47,899 nucleotides of DNA from Oscillospiraceae bacterium (lineage in GTDB: Bacteria > Bacillota > Clostridia > Oscillospirales > Acutalibacteraceae): contig CACZIY010000001.1 in NCBI GenBank assembly GCA_902781345.1, positions 1 through 47,899 of the forward strand, written 5' to 3'. Both the position numbers and the translations under genes were made by a program. A model generated the notes under the pieces. It did no database searches. It was given only the letters and a program-made list of their open reading frames with translations, and was not told the DNA's origin. This document shows, piece by piece, positions 25,344-34,889 of this stretch. Position 1 is the stretch's first letter, and each line of letters opens with the position of its first letter.

Positions 25344-27788
25344 TTAAATCAAAACTTTTAAATATTTGAATTTAAGCCTTGTTTTGAAGGTTTGTGCTTT
25401 ATAAATTCCAAAGCCGAATTCATCAAGAAAATCAATAACTTCATCAGAATCTTCTACATAAATCGGCTGTTTTGAGAACAACGCTTTTTCGTAAATTTCT
25501 AAAATACTGTCAAGTCGTTTTTCATCAACTTCGCCGACAAAGCTTTGTTTTAACGACATTTTAAACTCATCGTATTCATAGCTTTCTTCAATCGGAATTC
25601 CAATAAATTTCATAATATCAATTATAATTCCAAATGCCGAAATAACTTGTGCTTTATAGTTTGATGAATTGAAAATCGCTTTTCTTTTAGAAAGCTTCTT
25701 TTTTCGTCGCAAGACTACTATTAAAACAAAGATTAACATAGCCGCAAAAATCGAACCTAAAACAACAATCCATACTATATATTTATTATCTGAATTTTTA
25801 GTTGTTGTACTGTTTTTATTTTGCTTTGGTCTTGAATTAAGGTTGTTATTGTTGTTTACACTTGGTTTTTGTGTAGCTTCGTTTTTCTTTTTAACCTTAA
25901 CCTTTTTCTTTTTATCCTTTTGAGCCTTTGAACGCTCGCTCTTAACTGTTTGAGCAAAAGATTTTTGGTAGTACCCTGGTGTTACTTCAACAGGAACCCA
26001 GCCATAATTTGCATCAAAAACTTCAATCCAAGCATGAGCGTTACCATCGGTAATTTCAACCTGCTTTTTATTATCAACTGTTTTTGCTTTTGAAATTTGA
26101 TCACTTGGCACAAAGAAGCCTTCGCAATATCTTGCAGGCACGCCAAACGAACGCAAAATTACCGCTGCTGCGGTAGCATAATGAGGCGAATAGCCTTTTA
26201 AGTTTTCATATATAAAATATGAAACAAAATCCTGATCATCAGGCAAAGCAGTAACTTCATCAGAATAAGAGGTGTTCTTTGCCAAAAAATCTCTTACGAC
26301 ATCAACAAGCTCATAAACATTGTTTGCAGAAAGCTCTTTTGAAAGTCTTGCAACATCATTAACGCCCTCTGGTAAAAGAGTATAATTTGAATTTACAAAG
26401 TTGCAATAGCTTGTCCACTCTTGTCTGAATTCAGGGTCAGAATAAAATGATGTATAAGGAATACTTGCAAGCGAAGCATTATCATAATAAGCTTTATAAG
26501 AATATTCTTTTAAATTATCATTATTTGCAGTAGAGTCATTTTCACTCATAATTTTTCCAGAAGAAACAGTACCGTTTAAAATATACATATATGGTTTGTT
26601 GCGTCTGAAATCAGAAAGAGTGAATTTTGCCTTATTAAGCTTTTTAGCATATTTGTCCTTTGCCAACATATCACCTGAAAGAGTGGCAAGCGACATTTTT
26701 TTACGATATAAATAGCCAATAAACTCATTTAATTTATCGTAATTATCTAAGCTTTTCCAAGAAAAGCCTGTATAAATGCTTCCTGTAAAACCTTTGAAAT
26801 AAAGGTTTGTATTTACATCATTAGTAGTGAGTGTAAAGTAATGGCGGTTTTTTACTCGCCTGTCGCCATATTTATAAAGAAGACCGTCTTTCATAGAAGC
26901 GTCATGGTCTTCACCTGTTACAAGGTCATAGGCGTTAATTGCACCTTCAATCATATCAACTCGTGTTTTTTGCAATTCTTCACTGCGAGAAAAATCACCA
27001 AAAATACCTAAAGCGATTGAAAAACAAATCAAAACACAAACTGCTGTTGTTAAAGCACTTATACCAAATTGCTTATTCTTTTCTTTATAAGTGAAATCTT
27101 TTTCTTTGCTCTTTTTAAAGTTGTCTTTAAGCTTTGCGGTATTTTTTTGTCTGTTTGCAATATGCAAAACTGCCGAAGCAAATATTGCGCTAATATATAA
27201 AACAGCACATATCATATTTGGGACACAGCCAAAAATCATTCCAAATGCAAATACAGGTAAAGTAAAAAGAATTGCAAAATAGCAATTTGTTTTTCCGCTG
27301 ATAAACAAGCTTAAAATCAAAGACAAAAGCCAAGCACAAAGTGCGAAAAACAAGGTTACTTGCAAATAATTACTGCTGTTTTGAACAACACCTGAGTCAG
27401 CAAGGCTGGTTTTCATTGACGCATAAATCGACTTTTCACAAGTGTAATAAATTACCTTTGTTGCAACAGGTAAAATGCCACTAAAACAAGCACAAATTCC
27501 AAGTGATACTGCAAGCGAAATTGAAAACAGTAGCATTTTCTTTTTAAATTTATACAAAATTATTGTAAAAAGTGTTGCTGAAACAATTAATGTTGGAATA
27601 ACAATTAGTGCGTTTAAATTGATATTCATCATAGTTGTAAAGGCAAAAACAGTTGAAGCGACAAGGCTTGAAACAATCAAAATTCTCGCCAATACATTTA
27701 TGAACTTTTTAGAAAAAGAAAAATCTTTATCATAATCATCGAAGGTAAACGAGATTCCCGAATTTACATATTCTTTATTGTAATCCAT
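25344..27788 (-). CDS. Transglutaminase-like polytopic membrane protein (TgpA/YebA-like)
   Basis: N-terminal multi-TM block. Transglutaminase-core-like segment KGYSPHYATAAAVILRSFGVPARY...NAHAWIEVF...GWVPVEVTP. Lys/Asn-rich linker, a further TM helix and a C-terminal cytoplasmic domain. Confidence 0.8.
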   Translation of the reverse strand: MDYNKEYVNSGISFTFDDYDKDFSFSKKFINVLARILIVSSLVASTVFAFTTMMNINLNALIVIPTLIVSATLFTIILYKFKKKMLLFSISLAVSLGICACFSGILPVATKVIYYTCEKSIYASMKTSLADSGVVQNSSNYLQVTLFFALCAWLLSLILSLFISGKTNCYFAILFTLPVFAFGMIFGCVPNMICAVLYISAIFASAVLHIANRQKNTAKLKDNFKKSKEKDFTYKEKNKQFGISALTTAVCVLICFSIALGIFGDFSRSEELQKTRVDMIEGAINAYDLVTGEDHDASMKDGLLYKYGDRRVKNRHYFTLTTNDVNTNLYFKGFTGSIYTGFSWKSLDNYDKLNEFIGYLYRKKMSLATLSGDMLAKDKYAKKLNKAKFTLSDFRRNKPYMYILNGTVSSGKIMSENDSTANNDNLKEYSYKAYYDNASLASIPYTSFYSDPEFRQEWTSYCNFVNSNYTLLPEGVNDVARLSKELSANNVYELVDVVRDFLAKNTSYSDEVTALPDDQDFVSYFIYENLKGYSPHYATAAAVILRSFGVPARYCEGFFVPSDQISKAKTVDNKKQVEITDGNAHAWIEVFDANYGWVPVEVTPGYYQKSFAQTVKSERSKAQKDKKKKVKVKKKNEATQKPSVNNNNNLNSRPKQNKNSTTTKNSDNKYIVWIVVLGSIFAAMLIFVLIVVLRRKKKLSKRKAIFNSSNYKAQVISAFGIIIDIMKFIGIPIEESYEYDEFKMSLKQSFVGEVDEKRLDSILEIYEKALFSKQPIYVEDSDEVIDFLDEFGFGIYKAQTFKTRLKFKYLKVLI

Positions 27789-27800
27789 CTTGTTACCTCC

Positions 27801-28976
27801 TTAAAGCGTAATGTCGCAAAGACATTTATCTTCATACTCAGGCACAACTGGTATAAATTCAACATCTTCAACGCTTGGTAACTGACCGTCAGTATCATCA
27901 GTTACTAAAACTATACTCTTTTTGGAATAATCAATATCAAAAATATTTATCTTATTCTCTGTTTCTTTAACTGAAACGGTTGACATAAAAACAGTATGCG
28001 AGTAGCTTTTATTCTTAAAGAACTCACACTTATTAATATCTTCTTCTATAAAGAAAATACCACTTGAATATATTTTTGATAAAACATCATCAACCTGCGA
28101 AATATCGTTTATTTTCGCTATTTCATAGTCTTCCTTAATATAATTATACCAACCTGCATAATGAGCAATATTTTGCTTTGAAAGGCTTCTTGAAATAGAA
28201 ACAAACGCACACATAAGCGAGTTTACATAAATAAAATCATCATAAGCATTTTGCTTTAAATCTAAAAACAAAAATACATTATCACTAAGCGGCAATGAAA
28301 ACTCTTTTATCATATATTTTTCGGTTTTACTGCTTAATTTCCAATGGATTTTATTAAGCTTGTCGCCCTCTTTATACTCCCTTATGTTAAAAACTTCTGA
28401 TGGGTCATCACCTGCTTTTCCTGTTGAAAAAAGCTGTGATGAGCCTGAAAAAATATCATTATTACGCATTTTTATCAAGCTTTCAACATTTTCAGGCATT
28501 ACAGGAATATTTTTTGAAATATTGATTTTTTTAGAAAAACGGAAAAATGACAAAAAGTCATAAAAATACGCCTTTTTAATTAAAACCTCAATATTTCCCA
28601 CATAATCGGAGTTGATATTATAATAAAATTTGTTATCTGAGAAAGGCGGTGCATTCAGCGTAAATGTGCAATCGTTTTGCGTGTTCAAAAACATATTTTT
28701 AACCTTTGCGGTCATTTTGATATGAGTCAGCGCAAAAGGCGAACGATTTTTTATATGAAACGCAAGTTTTATAGGATTATTAACAGTTGCTTCATCGTTT
28801 TCAACGCTAAGTCTTATGCTGGTTGCAAAATACGAAATTGTATGAACAACAAAAAGCAATAAAGGTATCATAACAAGCGTTGCAAAAACGATTACCGACA
28901 ACACATTATCATATAATACGAAGAATAATCCACCGCAAATAACTACTACAAGGTAAATTAACCAACTTACTATCAT
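27801..28976 (-). CDS. DUF58-domain protein
   Basis: Two N-terminal TM helices. REYKEGDKLNKIHWKLSSKTEKYMIKEF matches the DUF58 signature. Located between the MoxR and transglutaminase-like genes. Confidence 0.8.
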   Translation of the reverse strand: MIVSWLIYLVVVICGGLFFVLYDNVLSVIVFATLVMIPLLLFVVHTISYFATSIRLSVENDEATVNNPIKLAFHIKNRSPFALTHIKMTAKVKNMFLNTQNDCTFTLNAPPFSDNKFYYNINSDYVGNIEVLIKKAYFYDFLSFFRFSKKINISKNIPVMPENVESLIKMRNNDIFSGSSQLFSTGKAGDDPSEVFNIREYKEGDKLNKIHWKLSSKTEKYMIKEFSLPLSDNVFLFLDLKQNAYDDFIYVNSLMCAFVSISRSLSKQNIAHYAGWYNYIKEDYEIAKINDISQVDDVLSKIYSSGIFFIEEDINKCEFFKNKSYSHTVFMSTVSVKETENKINIFDIDYSKKSIVLVTDDTDGQLPSVEDVEFIPVVPEYEDKCLCDITL

Positions 28977-28992
28977 TACAATAACCTTTCTG

Positions 28993-29949
28993 TTAGTTTA
29001 TTCCGGGACATTTAACATTTTGCAAAATACTTGTAAGAATTTTTTCGTTAGAAGCGCCACTTATTTTTGCTTTCGGGCTTAAAGTAATTCTATGCTCAGC
29101 CGCCTGCAAGAATACGCTTGTAACATCATCAGGAATAACATAATCTCTGCCCTCATAAAAAGCTTTTGCACGAGCAAGTGAGGCTATTGCAACAGTACCA
29201 CGAGGACTGATACCGAGTGTCAACAAATCACTTTTTCTTGTTTCATCAGCCAAAGCGACAATATAAGTGAAAATTTTATCATCGGTATAAACTCGTTGTA
29301 CCTCTTTTTGCATTTTAATAATATCTTCAGCAGAAGCAACAGGTTTTACCGCTTCAAGCGGATTGTTGCCTTGCTTGCCCTTTAAAATATCAACCTCATC
29401 GGCAACATTTGGATAACCCATTGAAAGTCTTACTGAAAAACGGTCAAGCTGTGATTCAGGCAACATTTGTGTACCGATATAGCCGATTGGGTTTTGAGTA
29501 GCAATAACAATAAATGGTTTTGGAATTTCGTGAGTAACACCGTCAACGGTAATGTTACCCTCCTCCATTATTTCAAGCAAAGCCGACTGAGTTTTTGAAG
29601 ATGTTCTGTTAATCTCATCGGCCAAAAACAAGTTGCACAAAGCTGCACCTTTTTTGTAAACAAAGGAATCGCTTTTTTTATCATAAACTGAAAAACCTGT
29701 AACATCGGTAGGCAAAACATCAGGAGTAAACTGTGTTCTGTTATACTCAAGATTAGTTGCTTTTGAAAGTGCAAGTGCCAGTGTGGTTTTACCAACACCA
29801 GGAATATCTTCAAGCAAAATATGACCGCCTGCTAAAACGGCAACTATAACCTTATCAATAATATCATCTTTACCGATGATTACTTTTGAAACTTCATTTT
29901 TTATTTCCCTTAATTTTTCAATATAGAGTTCGTTTTGATTGTTTTCCAT
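28993..29949 (-). CDS. MoxR-family AAA+ ATPase
   Basis: Walker A PGVGKTT, Walker B LADEINR, and the typical MoxR length (318 aa). Confidence 0.9.
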   Translation of the reverse strand: MENNQNELYIEKLREIKNEVSKVIIGKDDIIDKVIVAVLAGGHILLEDIPGVGKTTLALALSKATNLEYNRTQFTPDVLPTDVTGFSVYDKKSDSFVYKKGAALCNLFLADEINRTSSKTQSALLEIMEEGNITVDGVTHEIPKPFIVIATQNPIGYIGTQMLPESQLDRFSVRLSMGYPNVADEVDILKGKQGNNPLEAVKPVASAEDIIKMQKEVQRVYTDDKIFTYIVALADETRKSDLLTLGISPRGTVAIASLARAKAFYEGRDYVIPDDVTSVFLQAAEHRITLSPKAKISGASNEKILTSILQNVKCPGIN

Positions 29950-30041
29950 TTTAAATTCTCCTTATAAAAAATTTATTATCTTTATAATACCACAATTAAG
30001 CTTATAAAGCAATATTTCTTTAAAAAAATTAATATGTTTGA

Positions 30042-30070
30042 TTGAATATTTTTAAAAAGTATGTTACAAT
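30042..30070 (+). promoter_or_regulatory. Sigma-A promoter of pncB (extended -10)
   Basis: TTGAAT (30042-30047), 17-nt spacer containing TGT immediately before TACAAT (30065-30070). Confidence 0.55.
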
Positions 30071-30101
30071 AAAACTAATATATTGGAAAGGTGTTTTTAA
30101 A

Positions 30102-31562
30102 ATGTCTGTCAATAGTTTAAAACTGACTTTGCTAAACGACTTTAACTGCTTTAAAATGGCAAACGGTTATTTTGAAGCTGGACTTAAAAATCAAAGAGGT
30201 TGTTTTGATTTGTTTTTCCGCAGAGTTCCTGATAACGGCGGTTTTGCAATTTGCGCAGGTCTTGAACAAGCGATTGATTTTATCAAAAACTTAAGCTTTT
30301 GTGATGATGATATTGAGTTTTTAAAGCAAAACGGCAATTTTTCAGAAGGTTTTTTAGATTACCTTAAAAATTTCAAATTTGAGTGTGATGTTTACGCAAT
30401 TCCAGAAGGCACACCGATTTTTGCAAAAGAGCCTATTGTAAAAGTGGTAGGCCCTATTATTCAGGCAACGCTAATTGAAACTGTGCTTCTGATTTCAATT
30501 AACCACCAAACTTTGATTGCTACAAAGGCTAACAGAATTGCTCGTGCTGCACAAGGTCGTGAGGTTGTTGAACTTGGTGTTCGTCGAGCTCATGGAACAG
30601 ACGCTGCTTTAAACGGTGCAAGGGCTGCATACATTGGCGGTTGCGTTGCAAGCGGTTGCACATTAGCAAAAGAAAAATATGATATTCCGATTTTTGATTC
30701 AATGACTCACGCTTGGGTTGAGGTTTTTGATTCGGAATATGAAGCATTTTGTGCTTTTGCAAAGCAATATCCTGACAACTGCTACTTGTTAGTTGATACT
30801 TATAACACCTTAAAATCAGGTGTGAAAAATGCGATTAAATGTTTTGATGACATTTTAAAACCTCTTGGCAAACGACCTAAAGGTATCAGAATTGACAGCG
30901 GTGATATTACCTATCTTTCTAAAAAAGCAAGAAAAATGCTTGATGAAGCGGGCTATCCTGATTGCAAAATTATGGCCTCAAACTCGCTTGATGAATATAT
31001 TATAAGAGATTTGATTATTGAGGGTGCAAAGGTTGATGTTTTCGGCGTTGGCGAAAGGCTTATTACCTCTGCTTCCGACCCTGTTTTCGGTGGTGTTTAT
31101 AAATTAACTGCTCTCGAAAACGAAAAAGGCGAATTTTTGCCAAAGGTTAATTTTTCTGATAATGTCGGTAAAATTACATTGCCTTGCAACAAAAAAACTT
31201 ACCGCCTTTTTGATGAACAAAGCGGTAAAGCACTTGCAGATGTAATTTCACTTTTTGATGAAGAAATTGATAACAAAAATGAGATTGAGCTTTTTGACCC
31301 TGACCACACCTGGAAAAGAAAAACGGTTGAAAACTTTATTGCAAGAGAACTTTTTGTAAAAGTTTTTGAGAACGGCGAATTAGTTTACAAATTGCCGAAA
31401 ACCGATGAGATTCGAGATTATTGCACAGAACAAGTTGAATCTATCTGGGACGAGGTTCAGCGTTTTGAAAATCCGCATACTTACTATGTTGACTTGTCTG
31501 AAAAGCTTTGGAATATAAGAAACGATATGTTTAAAGAATTTACAAACTTAAAACAAATTTGA
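30102..31562 (+). CDS. pncB: Nicotinate phosphoribosyltransferase
   Basis: Start at ATG 30102 (MSVNSLKL), downstream of the promoter. About 486 aa, with typical NAPRTase blocks (LLNDFNCFKMANGYF, RIDSGD, GVGERL). Confidence 0.9.
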   Translation: MSVNSLKLTLLNDFNCFKMANGYFEAGLKNQRGCFDLFFRRVPDNGGFAICAGLEQAIDFIKNLSFCDDDIEFLKQNGNFSEGFLDYLKNFKFECDVYAIPEGTPIFAKEPIVKVVGPIIQATLIETVLLISINHQTLIATKANRIARAAQGREVVELGVRRAHGTDAALNGARAAYIGGCVASGCTLAKEKYDIPIFDSMTHAWVEVFDSEYEAFCAFAKQYPDNCYLLVDTYNTLKSGVKNAIKCFDDILKPLGKRPKGIRIDSGDITYLSKKARKMLDEAGYPDCKIMASNSLDEYIIRDLIIEGAKVDVFGVGERLITSASDPVFGGVYKLTALENEKGEFLPKVNFSDNVGKITLPCNKKTYRLFDEQSGKALADVISLFDEEIDNKNEIELFDPDHTWKRKTVENFIARELFVKVFENGELVYKLPKTDEIRDYCTEQVESIWDEVQRFENPHTYYVDLSEKLWNIRNDMFKEFTNLKQI

Positions 31563-31573
31563 GGTGAAAAATT

Positions 31574-32347
31574 ATGAAAAAATTAATTGCATTTTTATTG
31601 GCATTTACATTGCTTTTGTGCTTGAGTGCTTGTACCGACAGCGATGATAATGATGATACTAAAATTCAAACAACTTCTAAAAGAAATGTCGTAATAACAA
31701 AAGACGAAGTTGCAAAGCTTGTTAAAAACGGCAATATCACAGGCGCTAATCTTGCTTTGGGCACAAAGAAAGATGAAGTTGAAAACTATTATATGAATAT
31801 TGTCGGCACAACTGCCGCTGAGCAAACTGCCGCTAAAACAAACAAAAAAGGTAAAGTTGTTAAGCCAAAACCTACTACTGAGCCTACAATGGTAACCGCA
31901 ATCGGTCCAAACGGCGAATACTATGAGTATAAAAAAGGCGATAGCCTTTCATCAATTTGGTACAACGGCGAAAAGTATTACTTTTTAAATGATAATTTGG
32001 ATGCCGGCGTTGCTATTATTGTTTGCAATGAAAAAGCATTTGGATTTAATATCGGCAATTGTCCGTCAATTGATGTTGAAACATCTTTAGGAAAGCCTGA
32101 TGTTAAGGATACCCCTGATGCTACACAACTTTTCTTCTGTTTAGGTAGTGTTCAAAACGCTGTAAGATACACATATAATTTCGGTTCAAAACGACTTGAC
32201 TTCATTTTCAGCAATGATAATCTTTTGGTTGTAACTTTGACCGAAACTAATGTTTACAAAGGCTTTTCAAAAGGTGCTGATGTAACCGCAACCGCAAAAG
32301 CAACACAAGAAACTACAGTTCCGACTTACACAAAGGTAGAGCAATGA
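31574..32347 (+). CDS. Lipoprotein of unknown function
   Basis: GAGGTG RBS. Signal peptide with lipobox LSACT. Confidence 0.6.
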   Translation: MKKLIAFLLAFTLLLCLSACTDSDDNDDTKIQTTSKRNVVITKDEVAKLVKNGNITGANLALGTKKDEVENYYMNIVGTTAAEQTAAKTNKKGKVVKPKPTTEPTMVTAIGPNGEYYEYKKGDSLSSIWYNGEKYYFLNDNLDAGVAIIVCNEKAFGFNIGNCPSIDVETSLGKPDVKDTPDATQLFFCLGSVQNAVRYTYNFGSKRLDFIFSNDNLLVVTLTETNVYKGFSKGADVTATAKATQETTVPTYTKVEQ

Positions 32348-32766
32348 AAATAATGTCGATTGATTTAGGGCTTGCAAGAACTGGTATAGCAGTTTGCGAC
32401 CCGCTTGAAATGCTCGCTTCGCCTCATACTGTAATATTTGAAAAATATGAGCCAAAGCTAATAGAAAAAATTCTGGCGGTTATAAACGAGCTTAACCCCG
32501 AATTAATTGTGGTAGGTTATCCGCTTAATATGGACGGTTCTGCAGGCGAACGCGCAAAAGAATGTGAAAGAATTTCTAAAATAATCGAAGAAAAAAGCGG
32601 TGTTAAAACCGAACTTTACGATGAGCGCTGTACCACCGTTATGTCGCATAATGCGCTGAATGTTACCAATGTTCGAGGTAAAAAGCGTAAAGATATTGTC
32701 GATGCAGTCGCCGCTGTTATGATACTTGAAAGTTTTTTGGAATATAGAAAGAATAACAAAAAATAA
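32344..32766 (+). CDS. ruvX: Holliday-junction resolvase-like nuclease RuvX/YqgF
   Basis: MSIDLGLARTGIAVCD N-terminus. 140 aa. ATGA overlap with the upstream gene. Confidence 0.9.
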   Translation: MKIMSIDLGLARTGIAVCDPLEMLASPHTVIFEKYEPKLIEKILAVINELNPELIVVGYPLNMDGSAGERAKECERISKIIEEKSGVKTELYDERCTTVMSHNALNVTNVRGKKRKDIVDAVAAVMILESFLEYRKNNKK

Positions 32767-32795
32767 AAAACTTCCCTTAGGGGAAGTTTTTATTT
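32765..32795. terminator. Bidirectional intrinsic terminator
   Basis: CTTCCC-TTAG-GGGAAG hairpin flanked by an A-run and a T-run. Confidence 0.7.
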
Positions 32796-33317
32796 TTTGG
32801 ATTTTTTGTTTTTTATTGTTTTGATTTTTGCATCAAATTTATCACAAATATCAGGGTCAAATTTCATTAAAAAGCAATTAACTAAGAATACTAAAAGAAG
32901 AAAAAAGCCAGTAATAATGACTGCCCAATTTGCTTTGAATTTTAACGATTTTTGCAACAAAAAAACAATATCACCTAAAACAGGTGCCAAAAATGTTAAA
33001 ACAATAAAAAGGTAGCCGTAGTACGGCTCTTTTTTTGATGGTTGAGTTGCATTGTTTGACGATTGATTTGTTTTTGGCGCAGGAATTACATTTTGATTAT
33101 TATAAAAATACTGCTTATCGCCTGAAAAACACATATCATCTTCATCAAACTCATCAAAAAGGTCGTCATCATCTTCAAAATCATCTTCGTTTAATTCTTC
33201 ATAAAACTCGTATTCATCTGCTAAAATGGTCGCCTTTTCAATTGCATTATACTCGCCATCACCGTCAAAATCAAAATTTCCCAATGGGTCAAAAATGTCC
33301 CAACTATCACTACTCAT
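32790..33317 (-). CDS. Highly acidic N-terminal domain / two-TM membrane protein, unknown function
   Basis: Start placed at ATG 33317 (MSSDSW), which has a GGAGG RBS 8 nt upstream. Asp/Glu-rich N-terminal half, then two hydrophobic helices. Confidence 0.5.
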   Translation of the reverse strand: MSSDSWDIFDPLGNFDFDGDGEYNAIEKATILADEYEFYEELNEDDFEDDDDLFDEFDEDDMCFSGDKQYFYNNQNVIPAPKTNQSSNNATQPSKKEPYYGYLFIVLTFLAPVLGDIVFLLQKSLKFKANWAVIITGFFLLLVFLVNCFLMKFDPDICDKFDAKIKTIKNKKSKK

Positions 33318-33389
33318 AAATTTTTCCTCCGTTTCATTTTCTTTACAACTATCATTATACAAAAATTTAGTACAATAAAACGGACAAAT

Positions 33390-33420
33390 AAAAATCCCCT
33401 CAAAAAGAGGGGAATTTTTT
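33390..33420. terminator. Intrinsic terminator after the SPFH gene
   Basis: TCCCCTC-AAAAA-GAGGGGA hairpin with A and T flanks. Confidence 0.65.
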
Positions 33421-34387
33421 ATAAATCATTGCTTGTGTCGTCATCACAACAAGCGTCTTCTTGTTTTGGCGGTTGAACATCAACACCCTCAGCAGTTACA
33501 TTGCCAAGCCCTGTTGTTTCGCTGAAAAGCACATTGTTTTTTACAGCGTTAACAGCATCGGTCGGAATAATAATTTTCGCTGCTTTGCCATCACACATTT
33601 TAATCAGAGAATCATATTTTTTGAGTTCCAGAATAGAAGCGGTTGGGTTAGAATCAATCAACGCTTTAATACCGTCAGCCTCTGCTTGTTTTGCTAACAA
33701 CAAAGCCTTTGCTTCACCTTCGGCTCTGGCAATACGAGCATCTCTTTCACCCTCAGCGGCAAGAATCATTGCTTGTTTATCACCCTCAGCACGAGTAATA
33801 GCGGCAGCCTTATGACCCTCAGCCTTTAAAAGTGCTTCTCTCTTATCTCTTTCCGCTTTCATTTGTTTTTCCATTGCTTGTTGGATTTCTTTAGGCGGAA
33901 TAATATTTTTAAGCTCAACACGGGTAACCTTAATACCCCATTGGTCAGTAGCCTCATCAAGAAGTTTTGTCATATTGCCGTTGATTTTATCTCTTGAAGT
34001 AAGTGTTCCGTCAAGTTCAAGCTCACCGACAATATTACGAAGAGTAGTAGCGGTAAGATTTTCAAGTGCAGTAATAGGATTAACTGCACCGTAAGTGTAT
34101 AATTTTGAATCAAAAACTTTAAAATACACAACTGTATCAATTTGCATTGTTACATTATCTTTTGTAATAACAGGTTGTGGCGGTGAGTCCATTACCTGCT
34201 CTTTTAAAGTAATTCTTCTTGCTACGCTTTCGAGCAAAGGTATTTTTACATGAAAACCTGCGCCCCATGTTGTTTTGTATTTTCCTAAAAATTCAATAAC
34301 ATATTCTGACGCTTGCGGTACAATTTTTATATTGCAAAGAATGACTAAGCCAATTACAACACATATACCGATTAAAACAAATTGCAT
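33419..34387 (-). CDS. SPFH/band-7 (stomatin/prohibitin-like) membrane protein
   Basis: N-terminal TM anchor. SPFH body. Ala/Glu-rich coiled coil (KAERDKREALLKAEGHKAAAITRAEGDKQAM). Confidence 0.85.
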   Translation of the reverse strand: MQFVLIGICVVIGLVILCNIKIVPQASEYVIEFLGKYKTTWGAGFHVKIPLLESVARRITLKEQVMDSPPQPVITKDNVTMQIDTVVYFKVFDSKLYTYGAVNPITALENLTATTLRNIVGELELDGTLTSRDKINGNMTKLLDEATDQWGIKVTRVELKNIIPPKEIQQAMEKQMKAERDKREALLKAEGHKAAAITRAEGDKQAMILAAEGERDARIARAEGEAKALLLAKQAEADGIKALIDSNPTASILELKKYDSLIKMCDGKAAKIIIPTDAVNAVKNNVLFSETTGLGNVTAEGVDVQPPKQEDACCDDDTSNDL

Positions 34388-34416
34388 AACTAAATTCCTC
34401 CTTAAATATTATAGTT

Positions 34417-34875
34417 TTACTCTCTGTCTTTTATGATTTTTTCAAGCTCTTCCATAAAGGAATTAATATCTTTAAACTTTCTATAAACCGAAGCGTAACG
34501 AACATAAGCGACATCATCAATTTCACGCAATTTTTCCATAACCATTTCGCCGATTTTTTTTGAGGTTACTTCTCTCTCCAAAGTGTTTTGCAATGAAATT
34601 TCAATTTCGTCAGCTGCTTTTTCAAGTTGCTCAAAAGTTACTTGACAACCCTCGCTTGCTTTTAACATACCATTTAAAAGCTTGTTTTTATCAAAGGTTT
34701 GTCTTGTTTTATCTTTTTTAACAACAATAATCGGAAAACTTTCAATTATTTCATAAGTTGTAAATCTTTCGCTGCAGCTCAAGCACTCTCTGCGACGACG
34801 GATTTTTTCGCCCTCTTCAGTTGGTCTTGAATCGACAACTTTGCTTTCAGCAAAACCGCAATATGGACATTTCAT
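34417..34875 (-). CDS. nrdR: Transcriptional repressor NrdR
   Basis: Start at ATG 34875 with a [16 protein letters not shown]...[12 protein letters not shown] zinc ribbon plus an ATP-cone. Confidence 0.9.
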   Translation of the reverse strand: MKCPYCGFAESKVVDSRPTEEGEKIRRRRECLSCSERFTTYEIIESFPIIVVKKDKTRQTFDKNKLLNGMLKASEGCQVTFEQLEKAADEIEISLQNTLEREVTSKKIGEMVMEKLREIDDVAYVRYASVYRKFKDINSFMEELEKIIKDRE

Positions 34876-34889
34876 TTGTTTTTCCTCCG

